DNA of 62,597 nt, taken from the IMG/VR virus record IMGVR_UViG_3300044636_000600, positions 1 through 62,597 of that record. One strand, written 5' to 3'. Below are positions 1 through 9,995 of this stretch, one piece after another. The notes under the pieces were generated by a model that worked only from the letters and a program-made list of their open reading frames with translations, was not told where the DNA came from and did no database searches. A program made the translations under genes and the position numbers. Every line of letters begins with the position of its first letter. Within the stretch, counting starts at the first letter, position 1. This DNA is from a virus. Its lineage: Duplodnaviria; Caudoviricetes.

Positions 1-2
1 GC

Positions 3-164
3 TTCTTTATGGCGACAAAAGCGCAGGGCATTGTCGAGGACTTGAGCGGCGAAAATGAGACAGATAAGCGCGTCTACTGCGGCCAAAACGAGGCTGTATT
101 CGTCAACCTGCTCAATCCGCTGGCGATGAACTACGATATTGATTACTATGTGGACGGGGTATAG
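3..164 (+). CDS. 3' end of hypothetical protein (truncated by window edge)
   Basis: Open frame from window start to TAG at 162-164, 3 nt before the next ORF. Confidence 0.5.
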   Translation, partial: FFMATKAQGIVEDLSGENETDKRVYCGQNEAVFVNLLNPLAMNYDIDYYVDGV

Positions 165-167
165 GCC

Positions 168-581
168 GTGATCATCTACATCGCATCGCCCTACAGCGGC
201 TACGCCGATAAACAAGCTGCCGTCAATGTGCAGATTGACGCCTTCGCTGCGTTGCGTGACGCCGGCCACCAGCCGATTGCGCCGTTGCTGTCACATTACG
301 TTGACGAGCGCCACCCGGCCAGCTATGAGCGTTGGATGGAATGGTGCAAGGTAATGGTGAGCGTGTGCGATCTGCTGGTGCGCTTGCCAGGGAAGAGCGA
401 CGGCGCCGATGACGAGGTGGCGGAGGCAAGGCGGCTAGGTAAGCCGGTGGTGTATAGCATTGACGAGATTGTGCCGTACAAGTTCATTTATAGTGGATCG
501 CCTTACACCCGGGCCGAACACCAAGCCGCCAACCAGGCGACGTTGGACGAGATGGCCGCCGCCGTTGGCGTGAAACGATGA
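168..581 (+). CDS. DUF4406 / nucleoside 2-deoxyribosyltransferase-like protein
   Basis: YIASPYS N-terminus, CD-x-L-x-LPG-S-GA--E---A---GKPV pattern of the NDT-like fold. Confidence 0.7.
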   Translation: MIIYIASPYSGYADKQAAVNVQIDAFAALRDAGHQPIAPLLSHYVDERHPASYERWMEWCKVMVSVCDLLVRLPGKSDGADDEVAEARRLGKPVVYSIDEIVPYKFIYSGSPYTRAEHQAANQATLDEMAAAVGVKR

Positions 582-651
582 ACCTGGAAACCGTCGCAGC
601 GTTGCTACTGTTGACGCTGCTGGCGGTGTTGATTGCGTATGAGATGAGACG

Positions 652-1341
652 GTGAGCATGGGCGTTAGAACAGCAAAATCGTCGGTGCGACCAGGGCAAA
701 GGGCGGCAAAACTCAGCGCGGCCCCGTCCGGTAGCGCCTATGATGCCGTGGGCGTACTGACGCCGGGGTGTCGTGTTGTCGGTATCAATCGCGGTCAGTT
801 CTCGTTGCTAGATATTATCGATGCCGTACTCCCCCAGGTGGGTGTGGCCGATTTAACGGTTAGCACATGGACGCCGGGGAAACGTGAAATAGATAGCGTG
901 GCGGAGCTTATCCGCCACCACCGGTTATCAAAATTTCGGCTGCTGGTTGACCGATCCTTTGTCACTCGTCACCCGCAATACGTTGACGAATTGCGGGCGT
1001 TGGGCGCTGATTCAATTCGCCAAACCAAGACACACGCCAAGTTCGCTTTAATTGCTGCGGGTGACTGGCGGATTACAATTCGTACTAGCATGAACTTTAA
1101 TCGTAATCCGCGCTTGGAACAATTCGATTTGGATGACGATCGGCTGATTTATGATTTTTTTAATGCTGTTGTCGATGACCTTTATCAGCGTGTTCCGGCG
1201 GGCTTGTCCGTGTCGCACAAAAAAATTACAGAGGCATTCAACGCCCTGACGCTGGGTGATGATGTTGACAATGACTTCTCGCTTGACGGTGATTTTGACG
1301 GTGATTTTTCATTCAATTTTGACATGTGGGCGGTAGAATAA
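652..1341 (+). CDS. Phospholipase D-like (single HKD-variant) nuclease-family protein
   Basis: HAKFALI...TSMNFN..PRLEQ motif; acidic C-terminal tail. Confidence 0.6.
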   Translation: MSMGVRTAKSSVRPGQRAAKLSAAPSGSAYDAVGVLTPGCRVVGINRGQFSLLDIIDAVLPQVGVADLTVSTWTPGKREIDSVAELIRHHRLSKFRLLVDRSFVTRHPQYVDELRALGADSIRQTKTHAKFALIAAGDWRITIRTSMNFNRNPRLEQFDLDDDRLIYDFFNAVVDDLYQRVPAGLSVSHKKITEAFNALTLGDDVDNDFSLDGDFDGDFSFNFDMWAVE

Positions 1342-2402
1342 TGGCGAAGAAGAAGACACAATCCATCACCTGGACAAACGAGCGGCGCAAGCTTGCCGAC
1401 CTTATCCCGTGGGAACACAACCCGCGCACGATCAAGCAGAAGCAAGCCGAGCGGCTGGTCGATAGCGTGGAAACGTTCGGGCAAGTGGAGACGCTGGCGA
1501 TTGGGCCACAAAATGAGATATACAATGGGCATCAAAGATTGTCCGTGCTTGCCGGTCAATATGGCATGGATTACGAAGTTGACGTGCGGGTTGCCAGCCG
1601 GGAATTGACCGAACGCGAGCGGCAACAGTTGACGGTTTATCTACACAAAGGCGCGGCTGGTGAATTTGATTTTTCAGAATTAGCCAATTGGGGAATCGAA
1701 GACGATTTGTTGGCGTGGGGTTTTGAGCCGGAAGAGCTTGGTTTTGACTTTGACGAAGATGATACCGAAGCGAACGATAAAATATCACGATCTGGTAGAT
1801 TGTACAATGCTGGCGATGGTCATGATGTTGAGCCTTTTAAGCTGGCGTATCGTATTGAGGCCGCATGGAAAGCGCACGGGCATAAGGCTCTAGACTTGTT
1901 TAGTGGCGCAGGTCAGTTGGCAGCCTGGTATCGCCGTCGCTTTTCCACGGTAATCACAGTTGACAAGGCTTATCAGCATGGTGACGTAGATTACTCTATG
2001 AGTGCCAGTGATTTTATTGAGAAACACCTGAATGAACATTTAGATTTTGACTACGTAGATTTTGATGACGAAGGTTGTCCAGGTCGTGAAATTCAGATGT
2101 TTTTTCATGCCATTGCAGGGAAAAAGAGTACGCCATTCGTTCTATCGCTAACCGATGGGAACGGAATGAACATGAAGTTTCGCGGCAAGGGCAACCTTGC
2201 CGAAATGTATATGGTTGATGGCGAATCAATGCGGCAGTTGACTAGAAGTGATTACGATGCGCTTGAGCAAACGGTGACTGATTTTATGCAAAAGGTGGCA
2301 GCGCTTTCAGGTTTCTCTGCCACGGCTTTATCCAGCTACCGTGGCAGAGAAGGGAATGTCCTATTTCAAACGTGGTCAATTATGCCCCATGATGCTGGTT
2401 GA
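1341..2402 (+). CDS. ParB/Srx N-terminal domain fused to SAM-dependent methyltransferase-like domain
   Basis: NPR...NGHQRL ParB motif; LDLFSGAG SAM-binding motif and DYVDFDDEGCP; ATG overlaps upstream stop (TAATG). Confidence 0.7.
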   Translation: MAKKKTQSITWTNERRKLADLIPWEHNPRTIKQKQAERLVDSVETFGQVETLAIGPQNEIYNGHQRLSVLAGQYGMDYEVDVRVASRELTERERQQLTVYLHKGAAGEFDFSELANWGIEDDLLAWGFEPEELGFDFDEDDTEANDKISRSGRLYNAGDGHDVEPFKLAYRIEAAWKAHGHKALDLFSGAGQLAAWYRRRFSTVITVDKAYQHGDVDYSMSASDFIEKHLNEHLDFDYVDFDDEGCPGREIQMFFHAIAGKKSTPFVLSLTDGNGMNMKFRGKGNLAEMYMVDGESMRQLTRSDYDALEQTVTDFMQKVAALSGFSATALSSYRGREGNVLFQTWSIMPHDAG

Positions 2403-3210
2403 TATATTTCGGGTTGTAGTAACCAGCGGGTAAAAAGGGCTGAAGATCCTTTTTAATGTAATGCTTGACGCCAAGCCGGTTGACCATTTCCAAAATGCGA
2501 TGGGTGTATGATTCCCAATCGGTTGTGTTGGTCATGGGCAGGTAGTTGGCCCGACCGATTTTGTACAGGTCAACAAACTCGTGCGTGTGTTCGATGATGG
2601 CAAGCGACGATTCGGTATTCAGCGTCGGCTCCAGGCTGACCCACGTGAATATCCCGGCGTCATGAAACGCCTTGAGTGTCGCAATGCGGTCGCCGGGAAG
2701 TTGGGCGCCCCGCTCCCACTTGCGGCTAAAATCGTCGTCAAGTGTGGTCAAGGTGCTGGCAAAGGCGTCGCGGTCAGGGCGAAAGATGTCAATGTCGCGA
2801 ATCGCCCGACTGCCACCCTTTGTCAGCGTACAGACGCCAAGTCCGTAGCTCTGCAACGTGGTCAACACGTCACGGGTAAGCGAGTTGTCGCCGGGGTTAT
2901 AGGGGTCAGTGGTGAAACTGAGCATAACCTGTTCATTAATGCCAAGCGCCTGATATTTGCGGGCGTCCTTGCGCAAGGCATCGAGAAAGCCATCGCGGGG
3001 GAAAGCGCCAGCGTCGAAGGTCGGGCGATCCATTTTGAGAACCTTCGGAACATAACAATAAGCGCAGGCATGGCCGCATCCGCGGTAAGGGTTCGTCGCA
3101 AGCTTGGCATATTCGCCAGCTTGACCGCGAGGGGCGTAGACAATAGAGCAGCCTTTGACGCTCCAACCGTTGTCTTCGAGTTCATAGGTTCGAGTCTTGA
3201 GATTGGTCAT
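2380..3210 (-). CDS. Radical SAM protein (spore photoproduct lyase-like family)
   Basis: NPYRGCGHACAYCYV CxxxCxxC motif, TDPY, LTKG, SLEP; start MTNLK with AAGGA upstream. Confidence 0.85.
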   Translation of the reverse strand: MTNLKTRTYELEDNGWSVKGCSIVYAPRGQAGEYAKLATNPYRGCGHACAYCYVPKVLKMDRPTFDAGAFPRDGFLDALRKDARKYQALGINEQVMLSFTTDPYNPGDNSLTRDVLTTLQSYGLGVCTLTKGGSRAIRDIDIFRPDRDAFASTLTTLDDDFSRKWERGAQLPGDRIATLKAFHDAGIFTWVSLEPTLNTESSLAIIEHTHEFVDLYKIGRANYLPMTNTTDWESYTHRILEMVNRLGVKHYIKKDLQPFLPAGYYNPKYINQHHGA

Positions 3211-3388
3211 GAGTTTGTTCCTTTCGTGTAACAATAAGATTGCCTTTTGCAATCTCGCTAAACAGTGAGCGCCAAGACGGCTGTCCGGTTCCCTGTCCAG
3301 GTGGCGCAATGGCCTGGACATCGGCGGCGATGGCTTCAAGCTTTCGCCAAAGGTCGGCGGATAACTTGATTGATTTACGAACTTGCAT
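3182..3388 (-). CDS. Small putative DNA-binding protein (ribbon-helix-helix-like)
   Basis: AGGAGG RBS; RKSIKLSADLWRKLE beta-alpha pattern; overlaps radical SAM start. Confidence 0.5.
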   Translation of the reverse strand: MQVRKSIKLSADLWRKLEAIAADVQAIAPPGQGTGQPSWRSLFSEIAKGNLIVTRKEQTHDQSQDSNL

Positions 3389-3484
3389 CTGTGTACCTCC
3401 TGTAGATAGTATATCACAAGGGAGCGCCCTTGTCTACAGTTTGGGGCAAAACTCGTGAGAAAAGTCGATTTCTTTAAGGTTGAT

Positions 3485-4039
3485 ATGGCAGCACGAAAAC
3501 GAACACCATTCCAGCGCGAGGAAGACCTTGTCCAGATCACGCGCTTATACCTGCAAGGCCGCACGCAGCGCGACATTGCTGAGGTGGTTGGCGTGTCGCA
3601 GGGGCAAGTCAATCACGATCTCAAGCTGATTCAGCAGCGTTGGCGCGAATCGTCCATCATGGACATGAACGAGGCGAAGCAACGGGAGTTGGAGCGCCTG
3701 GACATTTTAGAGCGGGAATATTGGGCTGCATGGGAGCAGTCGAAAAATGAACGCACCAGGGCGCGCCAGGAGAGCGACGGCAAGAGCAAGGACGGCAAGC
3801 CCAACGTTGTCAGGGCGACAATGGAGAGAGAGCAGCGCGACGGCAACCCCGCCTTTCTCGCTGGCGTGATGTCGTGCATCGAGCGCCGGTGCAAGCTGCT
3901 GGGGTTGGATGCGCCAGCAAAAGCGGAGTTGACCGGCAAGGATGGGGGAGCGCTAACCGTGCGGATTATTTATGATGACACAGACATTGACACTAACGCT
4001 ACCCAAGCGCTTACCCTGGCAGCAACAGGTAGTGCGTGA
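3485..4039 (+). CDS. terS: Terminase small subunit
   Basis: N-terminal HTH (TQRDIAEVVGVSQGQV), KLLGLDAP..ELTGKDGG tail; directly upstream of TerL. Confidence 0.8.
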   Translation: MAARKRTPFQREEDLVQITRLYLQGRTQRDIAEVVGVSQGQVNHDLKLIQQRWRESSIMDMNEAKQRELERLDILEREYWAAWEQSKNERTRARQESDGKSKDGKPNVVRATMEREQRDGNPAFLAGVMSCIERRCKLLGLDAPAKAELTGKDGGALTVRIIYDDTDIDTNATQALTLAATGSA

Positions 4040-5204
4040 GTCTAAACGCTTCAATACGGTGTGCATCGGGCGACGTGCGGGTAAGACAACGTTGGGCATT
4101 GATCGCTGCGCTACCAAAGAGACGTTAGGTTATCCGGTGGCGTGGCTTTCACCAACTTATCGCATGTTGACAGAGATATGGCGCGAAGCTAACCGCATCT
4201 TCGCGCCCATCACCGTTAGGCGTAGCGCTCAAGATCATCGGCTGGAATTCGTGACCGGTGGCGTGTTGGAATTTTGGAGCCTAGATAATCCCGATGTAGC
4301 CCGTGGGCGCAAGTACAGGCGCGTCGTAGTCGATGAAGCGGCCATGATTCCCACACTAATGGATACGTGGAATTATGTATTGCGCCCAACATTGACAGAT
4401 TACGGCGGCGATGCTTATTTTCTCAGTACACCGAAGGGGCGCAACGGCTTTTGGCAGATGTGGCAATGGGGCGTAGACCCACTACAAAGCGAATGGTCGG
4501 CGTGGCAGATGTCTAGCTATGTCAACGACAAGATTGACAGTGGTGAGTTTGACGCCATGAAAGAGGCATTGCCCGAAATGGCATATAGACAGGAGATTCT
4601 TGCGCAGTTCCTAGAGGGACAAGGCGCTGTCTTCCGCAATATCAAAGCCTGCATGAATGCGCCAGCCACCACACCGGAAGCGCACCAGGGGCACGCGTTG
4701 ATCGCCGGCATTGATTGGGGCAAGCAGAACGACTTTACCTGTATCTCTATTGGTTGCCGTGAGTGCCGGGTGGAAGTGGCAAGAGATCGGTTTAATCAGA
4801 TTGACTACGTTTTTCAGCGTGACCGGCTGAAAGCGATTCATGAGAAGTGGAAACCGGCGGCTATCCTTTGCGAGTTGAACAGCATCGGGCAGCCTAACTT
4901 TGAGATGCTGCAACGCGATGGGTTGCCAGTACATGGCTTTACCACTACCGCGGCAACCAAGCCGCCACTTATCGAAAACATGGCGCTGGCGTTCGAGCGT
5001 GCGGAATGGCAGTTCCAGCAGGATAACGTGTGGACAATGGAACTAGAGGCATTTGAACGCACGGTATCATCGACAACCGGCAGAAGTAGTTACAGCGCAC
5101 CGGACGGTGCGCATGATGATACGGTGATTGCCAGGGCGTTGATGCTGTGGCAGGCAAATAACATGTTTACCGCCGGCACATGGGGAACCAGGAAAAACAA
5201 ATGA
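3972..5204 (+). CDS. terL: Terminase large subunit
   Basis: Walker A GRRAGKT, Walker B VVVDEAA, STPKGRN, nuclease GIDWG and HDDTVIA. Confidence 0.95.
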   Translation: MMTQTLTLTLPKRLPWQQQVVRESKRFNTVCIGRRAGKTTLGIDRCATKETLGYPVAWLSPTYRMLTEIWREANRIFAPITVRRSAQDHRLEFVTGGVLEFWSLDNPDVARGRKYRRVVVDEAAMIPTLMDTWNYVLRPTLTDYGGDAYFLSTPKGRNGFWQMWQWGVDPLQSEWSAWQMSSYVNDKIDSGEFDAMKEALPEMAYRQEILAQFLEGQGAVFRNIKACMNAPATTPEAHQGHALIAGIDWGKQNDFTCISIGCRECRVEVARDRFNQIDYVFQRDRLKAIHEKWKPAAILCELNSIGQPNFEMLQRDGLPVHGFTTTAATKPPLIENMALAFERAEWQFQQDNVWTMELEAFERTVSSTTGRSSYSAPDGAHDDTVIARALMLWQANNMFTAGTWGTRKNK

Positions 5205-6646
5205 GCAAACGCAACAACCGACACAATCACCGCCAACCGACAGCGCCGCTAACCAACAACGTGCGCAGTATCCGCGCACAGCGCTCCATGCTTGACAACA
5301 GCATGGCCGCCGGTTATCTTGGCAAACAATTTGAAGGGGATCGGGATTACTACGAAAAGCTGGGCTATCCCAAAGATTTGCTCTTTGAACACTTCCTTGC
5401 CAAGTACATGCGCGAGGACATCGCTGCCCGCATTATCGACTTCCCAGCAGAGGAAACTTGGGGCGATGGCGTCACCATCATTGACGGCAGCGAAGATGAA
5501 GCGGTTGATGATTCGCCATTTTCGGTAGAGTTTGCGGCGCTATCTGAACGTCTACGCCTAGCGCATTACTGCGAACGGGTTGATAAGATTACCGGCGTTG
5601 GGCGCTACGGTGCATTGCTTATCGGTGTGGCAGGCGATGCGCCGTTGTCGGCTCCGGTGGAACGGCTGAATAGCGCCGCTGATGTGCTATATTTGCGGCC
5701 ATTCGCTGAGATTAACGCCGACATTCACTCGTTTGTCAATGACGCCACCGACGCCCGTTATGGGCTACCGGCGCTTTACAATGTCACCATGATGGCCGGG
5801 ACGACGGGGGCTGGCACAACCACCATGCAAGTGCATTGGAGTCGGATTATCCACGTTGCCGAAAACCTGCTCGACAATGAGGTGTACGGCATTCCACGCT
5901 TGCAACGTGTCTACAACCGGCTTGACGACATTATGAAGAGCGTCGGCGGTAGCGCTGAGGCAACGTGGAAGCTCATGCGTAAAGGTGGCATTTTCAGGCT
6001 TGCACCTGACGCACGCCTGTCACCAGAGGAAGAAACGGCGTTTGAGGAACAGATCGATGAAATGGATCACGGTCTACGGCGCTACCTGCAATTGCGTGGC
6101 ATCGACTACCAGGATCTGGGCAGCGAAGTCGTAGACCCAACCGGCAACGTGGATTTGATTCTCTCGCTTATTAGCGGTGCAACCGGCATTCCCAAGCGCA
6201 TTCTGATTGGCAGCGAACGGGGCGAACTTGCAAGCAGTCAGGACGAACGCAACTGGGCCAAACGGGTTGCCAAGCGCCAGCGCAACTGGGCTGATCCGAC
6301 CGTCTTGCGCCCACTGGTTGATCGGCTCATTCGTTGGGGCGCCTTGCCCGCGCCATCCACCGGACGCTATCACGCCAAATGGTGGCCGTTGGCCGAAACC
6401 ACGGCACTGGAACAGATGGAACTGGCACAAGGCTATTCACAGGTCATCGAACGCATGGCCCAGCCGGGAATCGAACAAGTGGTCGATGTGCCAAAGTTCG
6501 TCAAATTCTACGTGCCGGATTTGCCGAGTGATGCTGTGGTTGATGAGGTGGAATTGCTGGACGAGGAACTTGGCAAAACCGACGACGATGATACCGAAAG
6601 CGTGACCGCCAACATGCTATGGAGTGTTGCCCATGCCCACCGCTAA
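5201..6646 (+). CDS. Portal protein (DUF1073-like)
   Basis: Position after TerL; HWSRIIH, YGIPRL, GIPKRILIGSERGELASSQD motifs. Confidence 0.85.
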   Translation: MSKRNNRHNHRQPTAPLTNNVRSIRAQRSMLDNSMAAGYLGKQFEGDRDYYEKLGYPKDLLFEHFLAKYMREDIAARIIDFPAEETWGDGVTIIDGSEDEAVDDSPFSVEFAALSERLRLAHYCERVDKITGVGRYGALLIGVAGDAPLSAPVERLNSAADVLYLRPFAEINADIHSFVNDATDARYGLPALYNVTMMAGTTGAGTTTMQVHWSRIIHVAENLLDNEVYGIPRLQRVYNRLDDIMKSVGGSAEATWKLMRKGGIFRLAPDARLSPEEETAFEEQIDEMDHGLRRYLQLRGIDYQDLGSEVVDPTGNVDLILSLISGATGIPKRILIGSERGELASSQDERNWAKRVAKRQRNWADPTVLRPLVDRLIRWGALPAPSTGRYHAKWWPLAETTALEQMELAQGYSQVIERMAQPGIEQVVDVPKFVKFYVPDLPSDAVVDEVELLDEELGKTDDDDTESVTANMLWSVAHAHR

Positions 6647-7550
6647 CGAGCCACGGAGCGTTGACCCGACCCGCACGTCGGTGCTACGCAAACGTTACCG
6701 CCAGCACTACCGGCGCATGTGGCAGCGCGTCAATGCTGCCATCAATGAGTACATCGACACTGTGGATTTTAGCCGTCCATTGGCACAACGCACGGTGGAA
6801 TTTAACCGTTTTGTTGACGCCTTGCTACAGCAGGAGTTTGGCCGAACGGAGAGAGACCGAGAGCGCGGTGTCCGTGCAATGGCAACAGTGGCGTACATGC
6901 GGGGCGTAGCTCAGGCTAACACCGAAGTGGAAGAAGCCATGCCGACGCCACAGCAGGCGGTGATGCGGGCGGATCACAATGATGCTATTGCGGCGCTTAT
7001 CCTGCTCCTGTCCACACAGTTGATGACGGTGCGGTTGGGGCTGACGGGGCAACTGCTCGACCGCTACCAACGCGCCAACAATGCCGCCGAAGCTAAGGCC
7101 ACCATTCGTGACCGCATTCAAAAGGCAGGCCGCACGCCAACGGATGGTATCGCCGCCGACGGCGTGGTGCGTGGCTACAATGAAGCGCTACTGAATGTGT
7201 ATGAAAATGCTGGCGATCAATTCGTTGGTGTGATTGACGAGAAGACTTTTTGGCAGACCGCAGAGGATAACGGTGTATGTTTCCATTGCCACCGGATGTC
7301 GCAGGAGCGAGACAACGGCTATGGCCCCGGCATTTACACGCTCGCGCAGGCGCGCGGCCTGATCCCCGCTCACCCGCGTTGCCGTTGCCGCTGGCGGCGA
7401 TTGCCAGCGAACACAGAACGCAGTCAGGGCCGCACGGTGTCTGCCACATCGTCAAGGTACGGACAATGGGACGTTCCGCAAGAGATTGGCCCAGATCCAC
7501 ATTTGCGCCGGTATACTGGTGGCGGACGGAAGTCAGTTGGGAGCGCATAG
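6624..7550 (+). CDS. Minor head / head morphogenesis protein (SPP1 gp7 / Mu F-like)
   Basis: DPTRT N-terminus, C-x2-C and PAHPRCRC motif; follows portal. Confidence 0.8.
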   Translation: MLPMPTANEPRSVDPTRTSVLRKRYRQHYRRMWQRVNAAINEYIDTVDFSRPLAQRTVEFNRFVDALLQQEFGRTERDRERGVRAMATVAYMRGVAQANTEVEEAMPTPQQAVMRADHNDAIAALILLLSTQLMTVRLGLTGQLLDRYQRANNAAEAKATIRDRIQKAGRTPTDGIAADGVVRGYNEALLNVYENAGDQFVGVIDEKTFWQTAEDNGVCFHCHRMSQERDNGYGPGIYTLAQARGLIPAHPRCRCRWRRLPANTERSQGRTVSATSSRYGQWDVPQEIGPDPHLRRYTGGGRKSVGSA

Positions 7551-7658
7551 ATAGGCGGGAAGATGCAAAACAAGCAAAATAGTGCGGCTAGCCGGCGCAA
7601 GCTTACATTCCGCATTGAATATTGTGATTGTTGGTACAAGACCAAGAGGTGTATGGAT

Positions 7659-7853
7659 ATGTCGAAATTGACGCAGAGAGAAAAAGAGGTTGTCAATCTG
7701 CTGGCGCAAGGCAAGCCGCAACGCCAGATTGCCGATCAACTTGTCATCAGTCGATACACCGTTTATAACCACATCAAGAACATCAAAGCCAAAACGGGCG
7801 TAACTTCCACTTTTGAATTGGCGGTCAACACGCACCGTCAGCCATCTGGCTAA
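7659..7853 (+). CDS. LuxR/GerE-family HTH regulator
   Basis: LTQREKEVVNLLAQGKPQRQIADQLVISRYTVYNHIKNIKAKTG; GAGGT RBS. Confidence 0.9.
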   Translation: MSKLTQREKEVVNLLAQGKPQRQIADQLVISRYTVYNHIKNIKAKTGVTSTFELAVNTHRQPSG

Positions 7854-7880
7854 AAATAGCCACTTTTAGGCATATACAGC

Positions 7881-7921
7881 ACAAAAAGACTCGCTACAAT
7901 AATCGTAGCGAGTCTTTTTGT
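7881..7921. terminator. 17-bp-stem hairpin, probable bidirectional terminator or operator
   Basis: ACAAAAAGACTCGCTAC-7nt-GTAGCGAGTCTTTTTGT followed by a T run. Confidence 0.75.
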
Positions 7922-7937
7922 TTTTGGGATTAAATAC

Positions 7938-9995
7938 ATGCCGAGCTATACCTACAACGGGGTGACAGTCACAGCGACGGGGCGAAGAACCTCAACCCGT
8001 GACGACAAAAAGTATATGCGGACTGTCACGAAGGATGGCAAAGATTACCTCGTCCACTACGGCGATCCTGACATGGAAATGAAGCGAGACGATCCCGACC
8101 GACGCAAGGCATTTTTGGAGCGCCATAGCTGTAGCACGAAGAAAGACCCGTTAGCGCCTGGTTTCTGGGCGTGTCTCGATTGGCAGCGAACCGATGAGGG
8201 TGCAACCGTGAACGAACAAGACAACGAAGCACAACCCGCCAACAACGCCACCCTGTTTACCGTGCCAGAGGGCGCGCAGTTTAACGGCGCAATCGTGGCG
8301 CTGTTCCCCTCACCCGAATTGGCGCAACAAATTGCGGCCATGCCTGGTGTGCAGATGACCGCCGACGCCTTGCACGTTACCCTGGCCTATTTGGGTAAAG
8401 TGGACAGCTTGACCGATGCACAACTGGCAAACGCCATTGTGGCAGCGCAACAGATTGCGCGCGACTTCGGAAAGTTGACCGGCGCGATTAATGGCATGGG
8501 CCGCTTTAATGCAAGCCAATCTTCCGACGGCAAAGACGTGATCTACGCCGTGGTTGATGTGCCTGGACTTGAGCGGCTGCGCGAGGCGGTTGTGCAGCGT
8601 CTGCGTTACGCCGATGTGCCGGTGTCGATGAACCACGGATTTACGCCACACATGACACTCAGTGAGGTTGAGCCGGGGACTGAATCGCCTATCAGCATGA
8701 TCCCCACTATGCCGCTTGAATTTGGTTCTATCAGCGTGTCGGTCGCCACCAGACAGGTTGATTTTCCACTAGCTGGCGACGGCTACATGCGCGCTAACGC
8801 CGCCCCGCCGTGGCCTGGCGACCGCACAGCCATCGCAGCTAATGCCGATTGTGGGTGCAACACCGTGCAGTTGACCACCAACGCCACGGCGGGGACAGTC
8901 AAGGAGGTCACGCGCAAAGGCACGCGTTATCTGGTAGCGCCGACGGTGGCCCTTCGCTCTGGCGTGCTAAATGGTGAGTTTGTGCCGGCTGACGAGGTGG
9001 CAAAATACGCCGACGCCTGGAACGGGCGCCCTGTGCCGTTGGGCCACCCAAAGCAGGACGGGCAAGCGATCAGCGCCAACAGCATGGATCTGTGGGATAA
9101 AACCCCGGCTATGTTCTGGGGCGCAACGGTGGACGGCGACGCGCTCAAAGGTGAATTTTGGGTTGACATTGCTAAGGCCGAAAAACTTGGCGGAGAAGCG
9201 ACGCTACTATTGCAGCGCCTGCGCAACAACGAAGCCATCGACGTGTCAACCGGCTATTTCCGCGACTTTATCGAATCGCCTGGGACGCATGACGGCAAAG
9301 CATACACCGGCATTGCGCGTAACCTACGGCCCGATCATATCGCAATTCTCTTAAACGAAACCGGCGCGTGTAGCTGGGCGGATGGGTGCGGGGTTCCTCG
9401 CATCAACGAAGCCAAAGCCGCAGAGAACGCCAGTCAATCTTTTCTTAGCGCATTGGTGCGCAATGTTATCAATTCACTTGGAGGTAAAAAAGTGGATCGA
9501 ACCAAGATTATTGAAGGGCTTGCAGCCAATGCGCAATGCAAATGCAGCAAGCAGCAATTGGAAGCGATGGATGATGCAACGCTGACCGCGTTCGCCAGTT
9601 CATTGCAGCCAGTTGTCAATGAGGAAGCGCCCGCCGTTGAACCGGCGCCGGTGGAAGTGGTCAAAGAGGTTGTGCCGGCTGAACTGGCACAACTGGCGAA
9701 GGTCGTCGCTGACTTTGGCGGTATTGACAAGTTGACGGCGGCGCTGTCCGGCGTGGTTGCCAACGCCGACAAGGAGCGCGCCGATCTGGTTGCTGGTCTG
9801 GTTGCCAACGAACGCAACACACTCAGTGAGGCTGAACTGAAAGCCATGCCGGTGGAAACGTTGCGCAAGTTGACAAGCGCCTTCGCGGCCCGTTTCTATG
9901 TCGGTAGCGGCAATGTGGCGACCAACGCCACTGAGGAACCGCGCTACACCACGATGGCGATGCCGCTTGTCTTTCCGAAAAAGGAGGCCAAATAA
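7938..9995 (+). CDS. Multidomain head-maturation protein: small N-terminal domain + 2H phosphoesterase + DUF2213-like protease/scaffold
   Basis: HVTL (8373) and HMTL (8649) 2H motifs; WNGRPVPLGHP, DVSTGY, PDHIAIL..GACS DUF2213 motifs; helical C-terminus. Confidence 0.8.
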   Translation: MPSYTYNGVTVTATGRRTSTRDDKKYMRTVTKDGKDYLVHYGDPDMEMKRDDPDRRKAFLERHSCSTKKDPLAPGFWACLDWQRTDEGATVNEQDNEAQPANNATLFTVPEGAQFNGAIVALFPSPELAQQIAAMPGVQMTADALHVTLAYLGKVDSLTDAQLANAIVAAQQIARDFGKLTGAINGMGRFNASQSSDGKDVIYAVVDVPGLERLREAVVQRLRYADVPVSMNHGFTPHMTLSEVEPGTESPISMIPTMPLEFGSISVSVATRQVDFPLAGDGYMRANAAPPWPGDRTAIAANADCGCNTVQLTTNATAGTVKEVTRKGTRYLVAPTVALRSGVLNGEFVPADEVAKYADAWNGRPVPLGHPKQDGQAISANSMDLWDKTPAMFWGATVDGDALKGEFWVDIAKAEKLGGEATLLLQRLRNNEAIDVSTGYFRDFIESPGTHDGKAYTGIARNLRPDHIAILLNETGACSWADGCGVPRINEAKAAENASQSFLSALVRNVINSLGGKKVDRTKIIEGLAANAQCKCSKQQLEAMDDATLTAFASSLQPVVNEEAPAVEPAPVEVVKEVVPAELAQLAKVVADFGGIDKLTAALSGVVANADKERADLVAGLVANERNTLSEAELKAMPVETLRKLTSAFAARFYVGSGNVATNATEEPRYTTMAMPLVFPKKEAK

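Noticed and set aside
3211-3612. N-terminal extension of the radical SAM ORF in the ORF track
   Set aside because: Overlaps terS and the small regulator; a better RBS-supported start lies at 3210.
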